The notes under the pieces were generated by a model. It was not told where the DNA came from. It did not search any database and was given only the letters and a program-made list of their open reading frames with translations. From Heterodontus francisci (Eukaryota), in the NCBI RefSeq assembly GCF_036365525.1, contig NC_090398.1, positions 23,800,936 through 23,864,935 of the forward strand: a stretch of 64,000 nt of DNA, read 5' to 3'. Shown one piece after another: positions 47,825 to 61,779 of the stretch. The position numbers and the translations under genes were made by a program. Within the stretch, counting starts at the first letter, position 1. Each line of letters starts with the position of its first letter.

Positions 47825-49120
47825 AATCATAAAATCATAGAATGGTTATCGCACAGAAGGAGGCCATTTGGCCCTTTGGATCCATGCCAGATCCCTGAAA
47901 GAGAAATTCAGTTCATCCCACTCCCCCACCATCTTCCTGTAGCCCTGCAGTTTTCTTTCCTCTTCAGATAATTATCCAATTTCTTTTTGAAAGCCACAAT
48001 TGAATCAGCATCCACCACACTCCCAGACAGTGCCTTCCAGACCCCAACCACACGCTGCATAAAAAAGTATTTCATCTTGTCACCTTTGGTTCTTTCACCA
48101 TTCACTTTAAATTCGTGTCCTCTGGCTCATGACTCTTCTGCCAATGGGACCAGTTTCTCTCTAACTACTCTGTCCAGACACTTCATGATTTTGAACATTT
48201 CTCTCAAATCTCTTCACACCCTTCTCTTTGGACTGCAGTATCCCATCAACCTTCAATGAAGTGCACACATATCTCCCCAGCCCCTCTTGCTCCTGCACGC
48301 CCTTTAGAATTGTATCCTTTATTTTCTATTGTGTCTCCTCGTTTTTTTTGCTACAAAAGGTGCGTCACTTCACACTACTGTGCATAAAATTTCATCTGCC
48401 ACGTGCCCGCCCTTTCCACCAGCCTGTGTCCTCTTGAAGTCGATCACTATCCATCTCACAGTTCACAATACTTCCAAGTTTTCCGTCCTTTGAAAATTTG
48501 GAAATTGTGCCCTACATACTCAAGTCTAGGTCATTAATATAGGACAAGAAATGCAGTGGTCCTAGTACTGACCCCTGGAAAACTTCTCCACATACCTTCC
48601 TCCAGTCCGAGAAAACAACTGTTCACCACTACACTCAGTTTCATTTCACTTAGCTAACTTTGTATTCATGCTGCCATCTTTTCTTCCATGGGCTTTACTT
48701 TTGCTGACAAGCTGGTTATTACCACTTTATCAAACGCCTTTAGGAAGTCCATGTACACCACATTAATGCCATTCCCTTCATCAACTCTCACTGTTACTTC
48801 ATCAAAAACTCAATCAAGGTAGTTAAACACCGTTTTCCCAGAACAAATCTGTGCTGGTTTTCCTTAATTAATCCACATTTGTCCAAATGATTGTTAGTTT
48901 TGTCCCAGATTATTGCTTCCAAATGCATTTCTGCCACTGAGGTTAAACTGACTCGCCTGTCGTAGCTGGGCTTAACTTTACATCCTTTTTGAACACGGGT
49001 GTAACATTTGCAATTCCCCAGTCCTCTGGCACCACTCCTGGATCTAACAAATAACAGAAGATTCTGGCCAGTACCTCAGCAATTTCCACCATTACTTCCT
49101 TTAGCATCCTTGGATGCATA
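47825..49120 (-). mobile_element. Decayed CR1 RT plus 3' end
   Basis: (aatcatag)n tail, FFMQRVVGVW, and degenerate reverse-strand RT motifs. Confidence 0.85.
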
Positions 49121-49689
49121 GGAATGACCTATTTCCCTTAGCAGGGAGGTCAGTAACTGGGAGAGATAGATTTAAAATAATTGGCAGAAGGACTGGAGAG
49201 GAGCTGAGGAGATTTTTTTTCACCCAGAGTGTGTTCAGGGTCTAGAACCCACTACCCAAAAATGTGATAGAAGGAGAACCCCTCATCAGAGTTAATAAAA
49301 AGGACTTGCATATGCAGTTAAAGTGCTATAAACTACTCAGGACAAAGTGCTGGGAAGTGAGACTAGGCCTGTATTGTTATATAATTCACAATCCTAACAC
49401 AATGATTTATTGACAAACAAAAAGGTAGTGAATATATTATTTTAATTATTTCTCACTGTACAATTGTGCAGCTTCCAGTGTCTCATTACACAAAGACCAT
49501 AAAATCCATAGAGGGCAGCACCCAGATTAACCAAGATTTCACATGAGATGCATGAACAAAGTAAAGACTTTCATATACTGGGACGATTTCCATTGTAGCA
49601 CAGATGGTGAGAATGATAGTTAATTGAGCTTTTCAAAATGTCATTTTCACTGGCTGGGGAACTGGGGTAAAAGTCATCAGTGTAATTGC

Positions 49690-52600
49690 GGTAGGGTATT
49701 GCTGCAGGAGCTCCTCAGGACAATGACCTAAGCCTAACCATCTTTCAGCTGCTTCATCAATGACCTCCCCTCCAACTTAAGGCCAGAAGTGGGGATGTTC
49801 ACTGATGATTGCACATTGGTCAGTTCCATTCACAATCGTCAGATACTGAAGTAGTCTTGGTCCACATGCAGCAAGGCCTAGACACCAGTCAGTCTTGGGC
49901 TGATAAGTGACAAGTAATATTCACGCCACACAAGTGCCAGGCAATGGCCATCTCCAAGAAGACAGAATCTAACCATCTCCCCTTGAAATTCAGCGGCAGT
50001 GTCATTGTTGAATCTCCCACCATCAACATCTTGGGAGTTAGCATTGAGCAGAAACCTAACTAGAACAGACAAATAAATACTGTGGCTACAAAATCAGGTC
50101 AGAAGCCAGAGATTCTGCGGCGGGTAAGAACATAACATAGAACATAGAACAGTACAGCACAGTACAGGCCCTTCGGCCCACGATGTTGTGCCGAACCTTT
50201 AACCAACTCTAAGATCAAACCTTCCCTTCATTCTACTATCATCCATGTACCAATCCAAGAGTCGCTTAAATGCCCCTAATGTATCTGCTTCTACTACCAC
50301 CGCTGGCAGCGCATTCCACTCACCCACCACTCTCTGTGTAAAGAACCTACCTCTGACATCTCCCCTAAACCTTCCTCCAATCACCTTAAAATTATGCCCT
50401 CTGGTGATTGCCCTTTCCACCCTGGGAAAAAGTCTCTGACTATCCACTCTATCTATGCCGCTCATCATCTTGTACCCCTCTGTCAAGTCACCCCTCAACC
50501 TTCTTCGCTCCAATGAGAAAAGCCCTAGCTCCCTCAATCTTTCTTCGTAGGACATGCCCTCCAGTCCAGGCAGCATCCTGGTAAATCTCCTCTGCACCCT
50601 CTCGAAAGCTTCCACATCCTTCCTATAATGAGGTGACCAGAACTGAACACAATATTCCAAGTGTGGTCGAACCAGGGCCTTATAGAGCTGCAGCATAACC
50701 TCGCAGCTCTTAAACTCAATCCCCCTGTTAATGAAAGCCAGCACACCATATGCCTTCTTAACAACCCTATCAACTTGGGTGGCAACTTTGAGGGATCTAT
50801 GGACATGGACCCCAAGATCCCTCTGTTCCTCCACACTGCCAAGAATCCTGTCTTTAAGCCTGTATTCCGCATTCAAATTCGACCTTCCAAAATGAATCAC
50901 TTCACACTTTTCCAGGTTGAACGCCATCTGCCACTTCTCAGCCCAGCTTTGCATCCTGTCAATGTCCCCTTGCAACCGACAACAGCCTTCCACACTATCC
51001 ACAACTCCAGCAACCTTTGTGTCATTGGCGAACTTGCTAACCCAGCCTTCCACTTCCTCATCCAAGTCATTTACAAAAATCACAAAGAGCAGAGGTCCCA
51101 GAACAGATCTTTCTGGAACACCTCTGGTCACCGAGCTCCATGCTGAATATTTTCCATCTACTACCACACTCTGACTTCTATAAGCCAGCCAATTTTGTAT
51201 CCAGACAGCCAACTTTCCCTGAATCCCATGCCTCCTTACTTTCTGAATGACCCTACAACGGGGAACCTTATCAAATGCCTTGCTAAAATCCACATACACT
51301 ACATCTACTGCTGTTCATCAATGTGCTTTGTTACATCTTCAAAGAATTCAATAAGGCTTGTGAGGCATGACCTGCCACTTACAAAGCCAAGCTGACTGTC
51401 TCTAATCAAACTATGCTTTTCCAAATAATCATAAATCCTGTCTCTCAGAATCCTCTCCAATAATTTTCCCACTACCGACGTAAGACTGACTGGTCTATAA
51501 TTCCCAGGGTTATCCCTATTCCCTTTCTTGAACAAGGGAACAACATTTGCCACCGTCCAATCGTCCGGCACTACTCAGTGGACAGTAAAGACGCAAAGAT
51601 CATCGCCAAAGGCACAGCAATCTCTTCCCTCACTTCCCGTAATATCTTTGGGTATATCCCGTCTGACCCCGGGGATTTATCTGTCCTCATATCATTTAAA
51701 ATTTCCAGCACATCCTCCCTCTTAACCTCAACCTGTTCAAGCATATCAGCCTGTTCCACGCTGTCCTCACAAACGACCAGGTCCCTCTCACTAATGAATA
51801 CTGAAGCAAAGTATTCATTTAGGATCTCCCCTACCTCCTCCGACTCCAGGCACAAGTTCCCTCCACTATCCCTGATCGGCCCTACCCTCACTCTGGCCAT
51901 CCTCTTGTTCCTCACATAAGTGTAGAATGCCCTAGGATTTTTCTTAATCCTACCCGCCAAGACTTTTTCATGTCCCCTTCGAGCTCTCCTAAGTCCATTC
52001 TTCAGTTCCTTCCTGGCTACCTTGTAACCCTCTAGAGCCCTGTCTGATCCTTGCTTCCTCAACCTTAAGTATGCTTCCTTCTTCCTCTTGACTCGCTGTT
52101 CCACATCTCTTTTCATCCAAGGTTCCTTCACCCTACCATCCCTTCCCTGCCTCATCGGGACAAACCTATCCAGCAGTTGCAGCAAGTGCTCCCTAAACAA
52201 CCTCCACATTTCTGTCGTGCATTTCCCTGAGAACATCTGTTCCCAATTTATGTTCCCGAGTTCCTGCCTAATAGCATTGTAATTCCCCCTTCCCCAGTTA
52301 AATATTTTCCCATCCCGTCTGCTCCTATCCCTCTCGATGACTATCGTGAAGGTCAGGGAATTGTGATCACTATCACCGAAATGCTCTCCCACCGATAGAT
52401 CTGCCACCTGGCCTGGTTCATTGCCAAGCACCAAGTCCAACATATTCTCCCCTCTAGTCGGCCTATCTACATATTCAGTCAGGAAATCTTCCTGGACACA
52501 CCTGACAAAATCTGCTCCATCCAAACTATTTGCACTAAGGAGATTCCAATCAATATTAGGGAAGTTGAAGTCACCCATGACAACAACCCTGTTACTTCTG

Positions 52601-53705
52601 CACCTTTCTAAAATCTGCCTCCCAATCTCTTTCTCCATGTCTCTGTTGCTATTGGGTCGATAGAAAACTCCCAACAAAGTGACTGCTCCTTTCCTGTTTC
52701 TGACTTGCACCCATACTGACTCAGTGGACAAACCCTCCTCGACGACCTCCCTTTCTGCAGCTGTGATACTATCCCTGATTAGCAATTCCACTCCCCCACC
52801 TCTTTAACCTCCCTCCCTATTCCTTTTGTAACACCTAAACCCCGGAACATCCAACATCCATTCCTGCCCCTGTGATATCCAAGTCTCCGTAATGGCCACA
52901 ACATCGTAGCTCCAAATACTGATCCATGCTCTAAGTTCATCACCCTTATTCCTGACACTTCTTGCGTTAAAATAGACACACTTCAACCCATCATGCTGGC
53001 TGCAACATTGCCCTGTCAACTGTCTACCCTTCCTCACAGACTCTCTGCACTCTGTATCTGCCTGTTCAACAGCTACCCCATCCACTGATCTGTAGCTCCG
53101 GTTCCCATCCCCCTGCCAAACTAGTTTAAACCCTCCCGAAGAGCTCTAGCAAACCTGCCCCCCAGGATATTGGTGCCCCTCCAGGGAACTCACCTCCTGA
53201 CTCCCCAAAGACTGTCGGCCATAAACAAGGCAAAAGTCAGGAGAATGATGGAATATGCTTCACTTGCCTGGAATGAATGTTGCTCCAACAACACTCAAGA
53301 TGCTCAGCACCCCATCCAGCACTTTAAATATTCACCCTCTCCACCACTAGTACACAGTGGCAGCAGAGTGTACCATATACAAAATGCACTGCAACAAAGC
53401 TCCTTTGGCAACATTGTCCAACCCCATGACTTCTCCCACCTGGAAGGACAAGGGCAGCAACCACATGGGAACACTAGCACCTGCAAGTCCCCTCCAAGTC
53501 ACACACTCATAAATATATCTCCGTTGCTTCACTATCACTAGGTCAAAGTTATGGAATTCACACCCTAAGAGCACTGCAGGAGTATCTGGACCACATCGAA
53601 TACAACAGTTCAAGCATGTGACTCGCCACCAATTCTCAAGGGCAATTAAGGATGGTCAATAAATGCTGGCGTTGCCGGCGATGCCTTGATCCCCAGAACG
53701 AACAA
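49690..53705 (+). mobile_element. Family-B LINE split by a CR1 insertion (pieces ~49690-50127 and ~53186-53705)
   Basis: ctgcggcgggtaa | ctcacctcctgactcccc rejoin across the insertion. Confidence 0.8.
50126..53185 (-). mobile_element. Young CR1 with nearly complete ORF2 (APE + RT) broken by a few frameshifts
   Basis: ORFs 52804-53085 (YFNARS, AITETW), 51571-52791 (GDFN, SDH), 51305-51571 and 50199-51299 (DFSKAFD, RPHLEYC); (catagaa)n tail. Confidence 0.95.
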
Positions 53706-56085
53706 TAAATGCAGTAAAATAGCCACTAATCAAATGTGGGACGGGATAGCAGAAATGTCTTTATGCACGTTCGTTGAAGAATGGAACACTTTGCCAGACG
53801 GCAAGGTTGAAACGGGGACCACTGCAAACATTGAAAGTGAAATTGTATAAATAATTCAAGCACAGCAAGGCACAGAATTATAGCGAGGGAATTAAGCAAT
53901 TATTTTTTTTTGAGGGGGGGGGGGGGGGGATTCTAGCAAAGACCCATATGGGGATCTGATCGGCCTCCTTCTGCCCTGTGCTTTAAAATATAGAATTTAT
54001 AGAATTGGCATTTCAATCCATCCATTTGTTCTTTACAATAAATGGTTAAATGATGGACTTGCATCAGTTAAGTGCAATCTGCAAAGCTGTTCTTGTTTCG
54101 CAACTTTCACACAATAGGCATTTCATTAAAGCACACTGTTTTAAAAAAAAACTTTCAAATGTGTGATGGTAATCGAAGCAAATCCATATTCCCTACAGAC
54201 TACTATGGACTCTGTACTGAACACGATCATTTTTAACATTAAACCAACGCAAAATAAGTTGCCAAATTTCAGTTTTACTGTGGTTTGTGTAACAGATACA
54301 GATAAAGAAGTTATATTAGTTTCTTTGCTGATCTTAATCGATGACTCACCTGTTCGCTTGTTATGAACTTCGGATCAACAAGTGTTGCAAGTCACCAACC
54401 ACTCCTTTCTTTGATTATGTGCAGTCCTTGAACCGGTGCTGAGCAATTAATGTTTAACTTTGGACAGTTTGTATTCTAAGACCGCCCTGCTCTTTTGATT
54501 GCTTGTAATGCCCAACCTCTTACACTGCGCTGCAAGTTCAACTTCCATCGAAACACAACTGAGTCAGAAGCTGGGACTGCAGTCAAAGGTAAGGATTACA
54601 AAAAATAGACTGAGCAGAGAGAGAGAAATTTGCTGATTTCTGAAGCGGGCGGCTATACTTCGCTTCCTCTTGGCTCGGTGTGCTATCTCACCACCCTGTG
54701 TGCTGTTTAGCTCAATGTACCAGGATTAATTCATAACGAGTGCTCATGGGCAAAGGAGCAATTCTTTAGGGTGCTACAATTGGCCAGAACAGAAATAGAC
54801 CACAAAGTTCACGAATCCTATCGAGTTCTAATGCAATGCCCTCACTCCGAGTAGAATTCTTGCTGTGTGGAAAATGAGATAGGAGCGGATCGCTGAAGGA
54901 AGGTCTGTCCCTCCCTCACCCCGGGTGCACATTAACAAAAGTACCCTCACTTCCCGAAGTTGTTTAACATCAGGATTTCGATAGATAGACTTGAGAGTTA
55001 AAAAAAAGAAATACTGAACTTTTATCCCCTACTTTTCATAATGACCTGTACAGCGTCTAAACCTGTTCTGATTTGCCAAGTGTCGAAGCTTCACTATTGA
55101 GTTCTCAGAGAGAGGTGTGGCAGCGAGTTTTGGAACGGCCCACAAGAATTCATTCTCCCTCTGAGGTGAGGCTAATGGGCGAATGAGCTCGCAGGCAGAA
55201 GGTCTGCTCAAACAGATTTTGTTGGAGTTGGTTTGTCAATTGATTCTGTGCTGCCTTTGGTGAAAAGGAGCACAGGCTTCGCCACAAATTAATCAACATC
55301 TTCAGACTTTAGTGCAGATGTATCGAAACAGCTGATCAGAGGCTCCTCACAGGCATTTTAATCAGCTGAGGAGCGAAGGAGATTTCAAAGCTCCCAGAAG
55401 CTCAATGAATTGACATTCCATTCATACTAATTGCAACATCTCAGCAGTTAAAAAACTTAGCTAAAACGAACCAATTACCAAGAAATTTCGACATGACCAC
55501 ATAATGAATTAGTATTAAATTCTCAATACAAATTATTGGACAAGACTGTAAACGGAAATGTAAAGACAAATTGTTGTTCCAGCATTGGTTGAAAGTTGAA
55601 ACTCAGGTGACGCGAAAGTATCGAGTGGTTGGTTAAAGGAAAAAGAGAAACGGAAGGATTAACAAACAACCCAATTCCTGAAATGAGATGACATGACGAT
55701 TTATTTCTGAATCCATTCGAGTAATACAACAGTCGTTAAAAATGTTGAGTTTAATAAATGGGATAAGATGTGGGATAAGATCAGTCCAGAGTGATGCTTA
55801 AAGTGGATTGGATGTTTCAATTTTTAGTTTCGTGCCATCAAGTATCCTCCGGGGATTCTGTTGGTTGGATGCTAAGTGCTGCATGTACCATATTCAGAGC
55901 GATATTTACGGAAGGAAATTTGTATCGGGTAGTTGAGTTAGACAGCAGGTTCCTGATGGCCACCTGTGGTATTGCGTTGAAATCGAAAATAGTTCTATGC
56001 ATGTCCTCCTGAACAAAATTCCTTCGTATGTAGCTAGTTTTCACTCTCTATAAATAGATAGATAAATGACATAGATAGAATATAT

Positions 56086-57080
56086 TGTTACAAAAGTGCC
56101 TCTGTATTTTGTTAATTTTTTTTTGAGGATTCATTTTTGAATTTGCGGTTTTTAAAGAGGGTCATGTAAAGGCCACTTGACATTGAAAAACAGTCCCTGG
56201 AGATGTTTTTTTCTCCAAAGGGGCACTGAGAGGTCTTGTGAGGAAAACAAGCCTTTCCGGGAAATCACCTGACTTCCAGCTCAATGAACAACGGAGAACT
56301 TTGGACACCTGGAGAAGTTGTTTACAAAGAATGTGACAGGTGAAGATTGATAGAGGTCAAAACGTTGACCTCATGTTGTCGGTTTTGTTTTTGAAATTTT
56401 TTGAGTTAGGGTTGAACTGTATAATAAGGGAAAGAACTTGCAGGGAGAGAGAGAACTTCCAAAGAGAGGAAAGAATTCCCAAGGAAGGAGAGAAGACCAG
56501 AACCCAGCTCAGCTTTCCAGAACCTCTCTAAAGGTCTCTGAGAAGTCCACTCTGTCAACTCATCTCAGAACTTGTCTTTGAAGAAAAACCTGCTAAATTA
56601 ATTCTCAGTGCTCCCTGAAAAGAACGTTTCTAAAAGGTCCGAGTGACTGGTCTACATGCACTTGGAGGCCAGGCTGTTTGTCAGTTTTGGAAGACAGCTT
56701 ATTTCATCTGCTGTTTCTTCAAGAATGAGCAAATATTCAGCTCAAGTTTTTTTTGACTGTTATAGAGCTCTAAAAACACAAATCCGTTTATTTTTCTGGT
56801 TAACCGGTGTGTATGAATGCGAGTGTCTAAGGTAAAAAGGGAACTTTAATATTTCAATCTGTGTGTTTATGCTTTAGTTCATTACTGGTTAAGACTTGTT
56901 TTATAATAGACTGCTAATGTTGTTGTTTACTAAAGAAACCTGGTTAGTGTGTTTTATTCTGGGGAAAATAGAGTATGTGATTGACCCTATCAGTAAGTAG
57001 GAAAATTTCAATATATGTTGTAACCTGTGGAGAAGTAGGACTAGGATGGACAGTGCACTCCTCCTGCCTTGGTCGTAACA
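56086..57080 (+). mobile_element. Solo LTR (995 bp, Gypsy-like)
   Basis: TGTTAC...GTAACA terminal inverted repeat and perfect 4-bp TSD atat (56082-56085, 57081-57084). Confidence 0.85.
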
Positions 57081-57101
57081 ATATAAATTGTCAGTTTATC
57101 G

Positions 57102-57116
57102 CTCTCTCTCTCTATA

Positions 57117-57163
<47 letters not shown>

Positions 57164-57181
57164 AGATATATATATATATAT
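57102..57181. repeat. Compound (CT)n(TATC)n(TA)n microsatellite
   Basis: Visible. Confidence 0.9.
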
Positions 57182-57849
57182 TTGTGTATGTACATACTAC
57201 AGTCAGTTTAGTGTGCACTCTGTTGCACATCAGCTGTCATGTTTCTATTGTAAGAAATGGAGTGTTTTGAACTGAAGATTTAAGAAAAAAATAGCTTTAC
57301 TCATTGTTATCTACTATGCATTACAGTATGATGTCTTCTGTCGTTGGTGCAATCAGGGGTTACCAGTGTTCTTTATAAACCAAAGTTAAATTAAACCCCA
57401 GTTGGCCCTTGAAAAGGTTCATGGTCACAGGCAATGAAACTTAATTATGTTTTCTTCCAGTTATATTTATTTTTGATTGACAGACGGTATATAGATGGTG
57501 AAAAGCTGCATACATCCTGCAATTCTATTTTCTACTTCCATGAAGGCGACAGGGCAGAATAATTTCCTACTTGTCTCCAATCCAGTAGCTCACGGAATGG
57601 GTCACAGATAGTCATGGAATCCCCATATACTGTGGCCAGGATGATAGCTGCTCACCAGATCCAGTTCTCCAAACAATTGGAAGTCTGATTAGTGGTTATC
57701 GGGAGCCATGCAGGCACTGAGGAACCGACTGTTCCTTCCTTACCATAACAGTGATGAGACATGGTTCTCCAAATAAGTGGGTTTCCCAGCAGGAGCACAA
57801 ATTTAGAAAGTTAACACTATCGCCAAGGCAATAGTGCAGGGTGGCAATA

Positions 57850-58972
57850 CTGGTGATGATGACCAGAGTGTGACAGGAAGGGACAGAGTGTACAAACATA
57901 ATAGTGCACCAGTTAATAAGGTCAGAGTAGAGAAAATGGTTAAAAAGACAGCATTAAAGGCTCTTTCTCTGAATGCACAAAGCATCAAAATTGACAAGTC
58001 ATGCTGCAGCTGTACAGAACTTTAGTTAGGCCACACTTAGAATATTGCGTGCAATTCTGGTCGCCACACTACCAGAAGGATGTGGAGGCTTTGGAGAGGG
58101 TACAGAAGAGGTTTACCAGGATGTTGCCTGGTCTGGAGGGCATTAGCTATGTGGAGAGGTTGGATAAACGCGGATTGTTTTCACTGGAACAACGGAGGTG
58201 GAGGGGTGACATGATAGAGGTTTACAAAATTATGAGCAGCATATACAGAGTGGATAGTCAGAAGCTTTTTCCCAGGGTGGAAGAGTCAGTTACTAGGGGA
58301 CATAGGTTTAAGGTGAGAGGGGCAAAGTTTAGAGGGGATGTGCGAGGCAAGTTCTTTACACAGAGGGTGGTGAGTGCCTGGAACTTGCTGGCAGGGGAGG
58401 TGGTGGAAGCAGGTACGATAGTGACGTTTAAGAGGCATCTTGACAAATACAGGAATAGGATGGGGATAGAGGGATATGGGCCCCGGATGTGCAGAGATTT
58501 TAATTTAGTCAGGCATCAAGATCGGTGCAGGCTTGGAGGGCTGAATGGCCTGTTCCTGTGCTGTTCTTTGTTCATTTGGAACGAGATGGATGAATTGAGA
58601 GCACAAATAGAAATAAATGGGCATGATATGATACCCAATAAACAGACGTGGTTGTAATGCTGGGAATTAAATACTCACGGGTAATTGACATTTAGGAAGG
58701 ACAGGAAGAAAGGAAAAGGAGGTGGGGTAGCTCTGTTAATATAGGATGAGATCAGTACAATGGTGAGAAATTATCTTGTCTCAGGAGATCAAGATGTGGA
58801 TGGAGATAAGAAATAGCAAGGGAAATAAGTCACTGGTAGAAGAATTTTATAGGCCCCTTAGCAGTAGCCACACTGTAAGAAAGAATATAAATCAAGAGAT
58901 AATGGGAGCTTGTAAGAAAGGTACTGTAACAATCGTGGGTGATTTTGATCTTCATATAGATTGGACTAATCA
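57850..58972 (+). mobile_element. Old CR1 APE region with a nested young CR1 3' end (~57997-58572)
   Basis: LKALSLNAQSI ... NEMDELRAQIE rejoin across the insert; insert near-identical to 6158-6748. Confidence 0.88.
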
Positions 58973-59352
58973 TTATTGTCCATCCATAATTGTCCTTGAG
59001 ATGGAGATGGTGAGCTGCCATCTTGAAACATTGCAGTCCTTGGGGTGTAGGTGCACACACAGTACTTTTAGGAAGGGAATTCTAGGATTTTGACCCAGCG
59101 ACTGTGAAGGAAAGGCCATATAGTTCCAAGTCAGGATGGCGTTTGGCTTGGAAGGGAACTTGCAGGTTGTGGTTTTCCCATGCATCTGCTTCCCTTGTCC
59201 TCTTAGGTGGTAGAGGTAACAGGTTTGGAAGCTGCTGTCGAAGGAGCCTTGGTGAGTTGCTGCAGTGCATATTTTGGACAGTACACACTGATGCCACTGT
59301 GCATCAGTGGTGAAGAGAGCGAGGTTGTAAGTTGTGGATAGTGTGCCAATCA
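58973..59352 (-). mobile_element. Family-B LINE 3' fragment, followed by a CR1 tail (~59353-59410)
   Basis: ttattgtccatccataattgtccttgagatggagatggtgagctgcc... Confidence 0.8.
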
Positions 59353-59884
59353 AGGAGGCTCAAAGGGCCGAATGGCCTACTCTTGCTCCTATTTCTTATG
59401 TTCTTATGAGTTACGCAAACCCTATGGCCCTTGATTGCTTGTCTGCTGCTTTCTCTTACTAGGGGTGATTTAACATAGTATAGACCAAGGAAGAAACCTT
59501 GAACCTTCATTGCCTTTCTCCCTCTGTCCACAGTACTTAATGCCAAACCACTCGAACAGCTCCCGCCCATCTGTGCACAAACGTGCAATTAAATTATGTA
59601 GTACCAGAAATAAGGACTAATTGTTATTCAATCCATTTATATTATTAAGATTTAATCATGGCTAAGCACTTCTTTCTAACCTGTAACATCATTTCTAAGC
59701 CCTCTTAGGGAACCACTGAAGACGATCAAATAAAGTAGCAGAGCAGAGGTTTGACCCTCTTCTGAAATGAGCGGGATTTTAACTCAGGGACACATCCATA
59801 GAAAATAAGAAAACTATGCTATCTAAGCGAACATGCTGGAATGACAATATGTGTTCATTTTCAATAGGAGAAGCGTTATAGAAA

Positions 59885-60320
59885 ATGGGAAATTCAGGGA
59901 GTAAAAAGTTTGAGTTACATGGCGTGCAAGTTACCACCAATAAAAGTCCCCCAGTGATCAGATGCAGTCGCCCTGTCGGTTTGGAAATTGGCAGCGAGAA
60001 CAGACCGAGTCCACAGGCAAGTAATATTCCAATCCAAGGAAGCTCCGATGAAAAAGACAGGACACAACGACGTGGTCTTATTTCAGAAAGCACGTTAAGC
60101 GTCGAACAATATGGTAGAAGGGAGGAGAAATATGAAGTGAGTTACCCGGCAAGAGATATCCCATGTGGAACTGACGGATCAACGACAAATGCGCCAGAGG
60201 AAAATATGCAAACCCTCCCAGCGAGCCCGCATCGGCCCACGGGAGGCGATGCATTTGCAAGTTGTCAAGTTAAAACAAGTGAAAACTTGGAAGGAACCGA
60301 CATCCTTAAAAACTTACCAG
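59885..60320 (+). CDS. Probable first coding exon of a second (paralogous NLR?) gene, MGNSGSKK myristoylation motif plus S/T/P/E-rich linker
   Basis: Acceptor ttttcaatag ends 59867; ATG in good context (aaaATGG); 436 nt open to CCAG|gtaggg (phase 1). Same layout as exon 24641-25043. Downstream exons not identified in the window. Confidence 0.6.
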
Positions 60321-61779
60321 GTAGGGAGAAGATTTTAAAAAAATTATCGGGATGTGGACTTTGCTAGCAAGTCCAGCTTTTATTGCCTATCTCTCTATTT
60401 ACCCTGAAACCGATCGGCTTTATGGGCCACTTCAAAGAAAAGTTAAAGTCAACAATGTTGGTGTAGGGCAGCAGTCACATATAGATCAGGCTAGTTTAGA
60501 ACAGCAGGTTTCCTTCCCTAAAGCACATTAGTGAAGAAGTTGAGTTTCTACAACAATCTGACAGTTACATGATCATTTTCACATTTCTCAATCTATTTCA
60601 AATTCTCAAAATTCCGTAGTGGGACATGATTTCACATCCGCTAGATCATTAGCCCAAGCATCTTGTTTTCCAGGTTTTGCTCATCCACTACGAATCTCCC
60701 CCTCCACGGCTCGCGTCCCTTTCTCTGCCAATTTCCATTTGTGAAGTTCCTTGGGATATTTTTCTTTATGTTAAAAGCACTGTATGAATGCAAGTTTTAG
60801 TCTGAACTTGGTATTCATCTTATTGTGTTGTGTCTGCACAGAAATCAATGGAGTTTTTTTTAGAATACAATACCCCGTTAATTGTTAACACCATGGTTAT
60901 GGAAGATGGGGTGGTGGTGGCGCGGTTGTGGGGTCGTTGACGAATCTTGCACCCACAAGACTATGGTATTCTTAAATCAAGGGTGAGAGTTTATTAAACA
61001 TAGCAAGGATTTACAATGCAATATTTAACCAAGGACATTAGTTATGCAGAAGGGTGTCCTCGCTTTCTGTTTCCCGAGCTGTTGTTGGGCAGTCTTATCT
61101 CTTCAAATATTCTGTTGAGCCTGGTCTAGCTCCTTCTGCAAATCTGTGCATGCTCCGATGTCTCTCAACCTCCTTCTTTTATCCTTCCTGATGTTTTCTT
61201 CGTGCCATATTATGTCATATTCCAAATTAACCAATTCGATAGGTGAATAGATGTATGACCTCTCCTCCCACACATTGTCTCTACAGATGTTTTAATGGGC
61301 TAGGTAATTGTAACACAATGGGAATGTTTGATATCGGCTTCAAGATTCCAGTTATGAAGAGTCTCCAAATACCTTTATTTACATTTTCATCCCCATGAGC
61401 CCTACAAGTCTATCAGTTATTGTTACTCTGAGTCTCTTGAATAATAATGGTGAGGGGCAGTCATCAGAAATCCTGCCTGATCTAAACAAAATCTGCAATA
61501 ATCGTTTTACCTGGAGGCCATTTGCCTACTGGGCCACATCAGACATACTGTCTTTCAGAACCTTTGTAACATAGCACACAAATGTACGTTTCATTTAGTA
61601 AACATGATTCCAGATATCAGGTACAAAACATAGTCTTAATATAATGCATTGATACACATACAAAATATTCCCTGGCAAAACGGCATAATTTCTTTAAAAA
61701 ATCCTTCTTTAATTGAAACACATTTACACTGCAACAGACCATTCTCCAACACTTCCATTGCCGGAGTCATAATTAGCAC

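Noticed and set aside
60842-60890. Second exon of the downstream gene after acceptor tctgcacag
   Set aside because: In the required phase it hits a stop after about 15 codons; no convincing CARD similarity.
60883-61571. Solo LTR (TGTTA...TAACA)
   Set aside because: Termini are suggestive but there is no TSD or other support; not listed as a feature.
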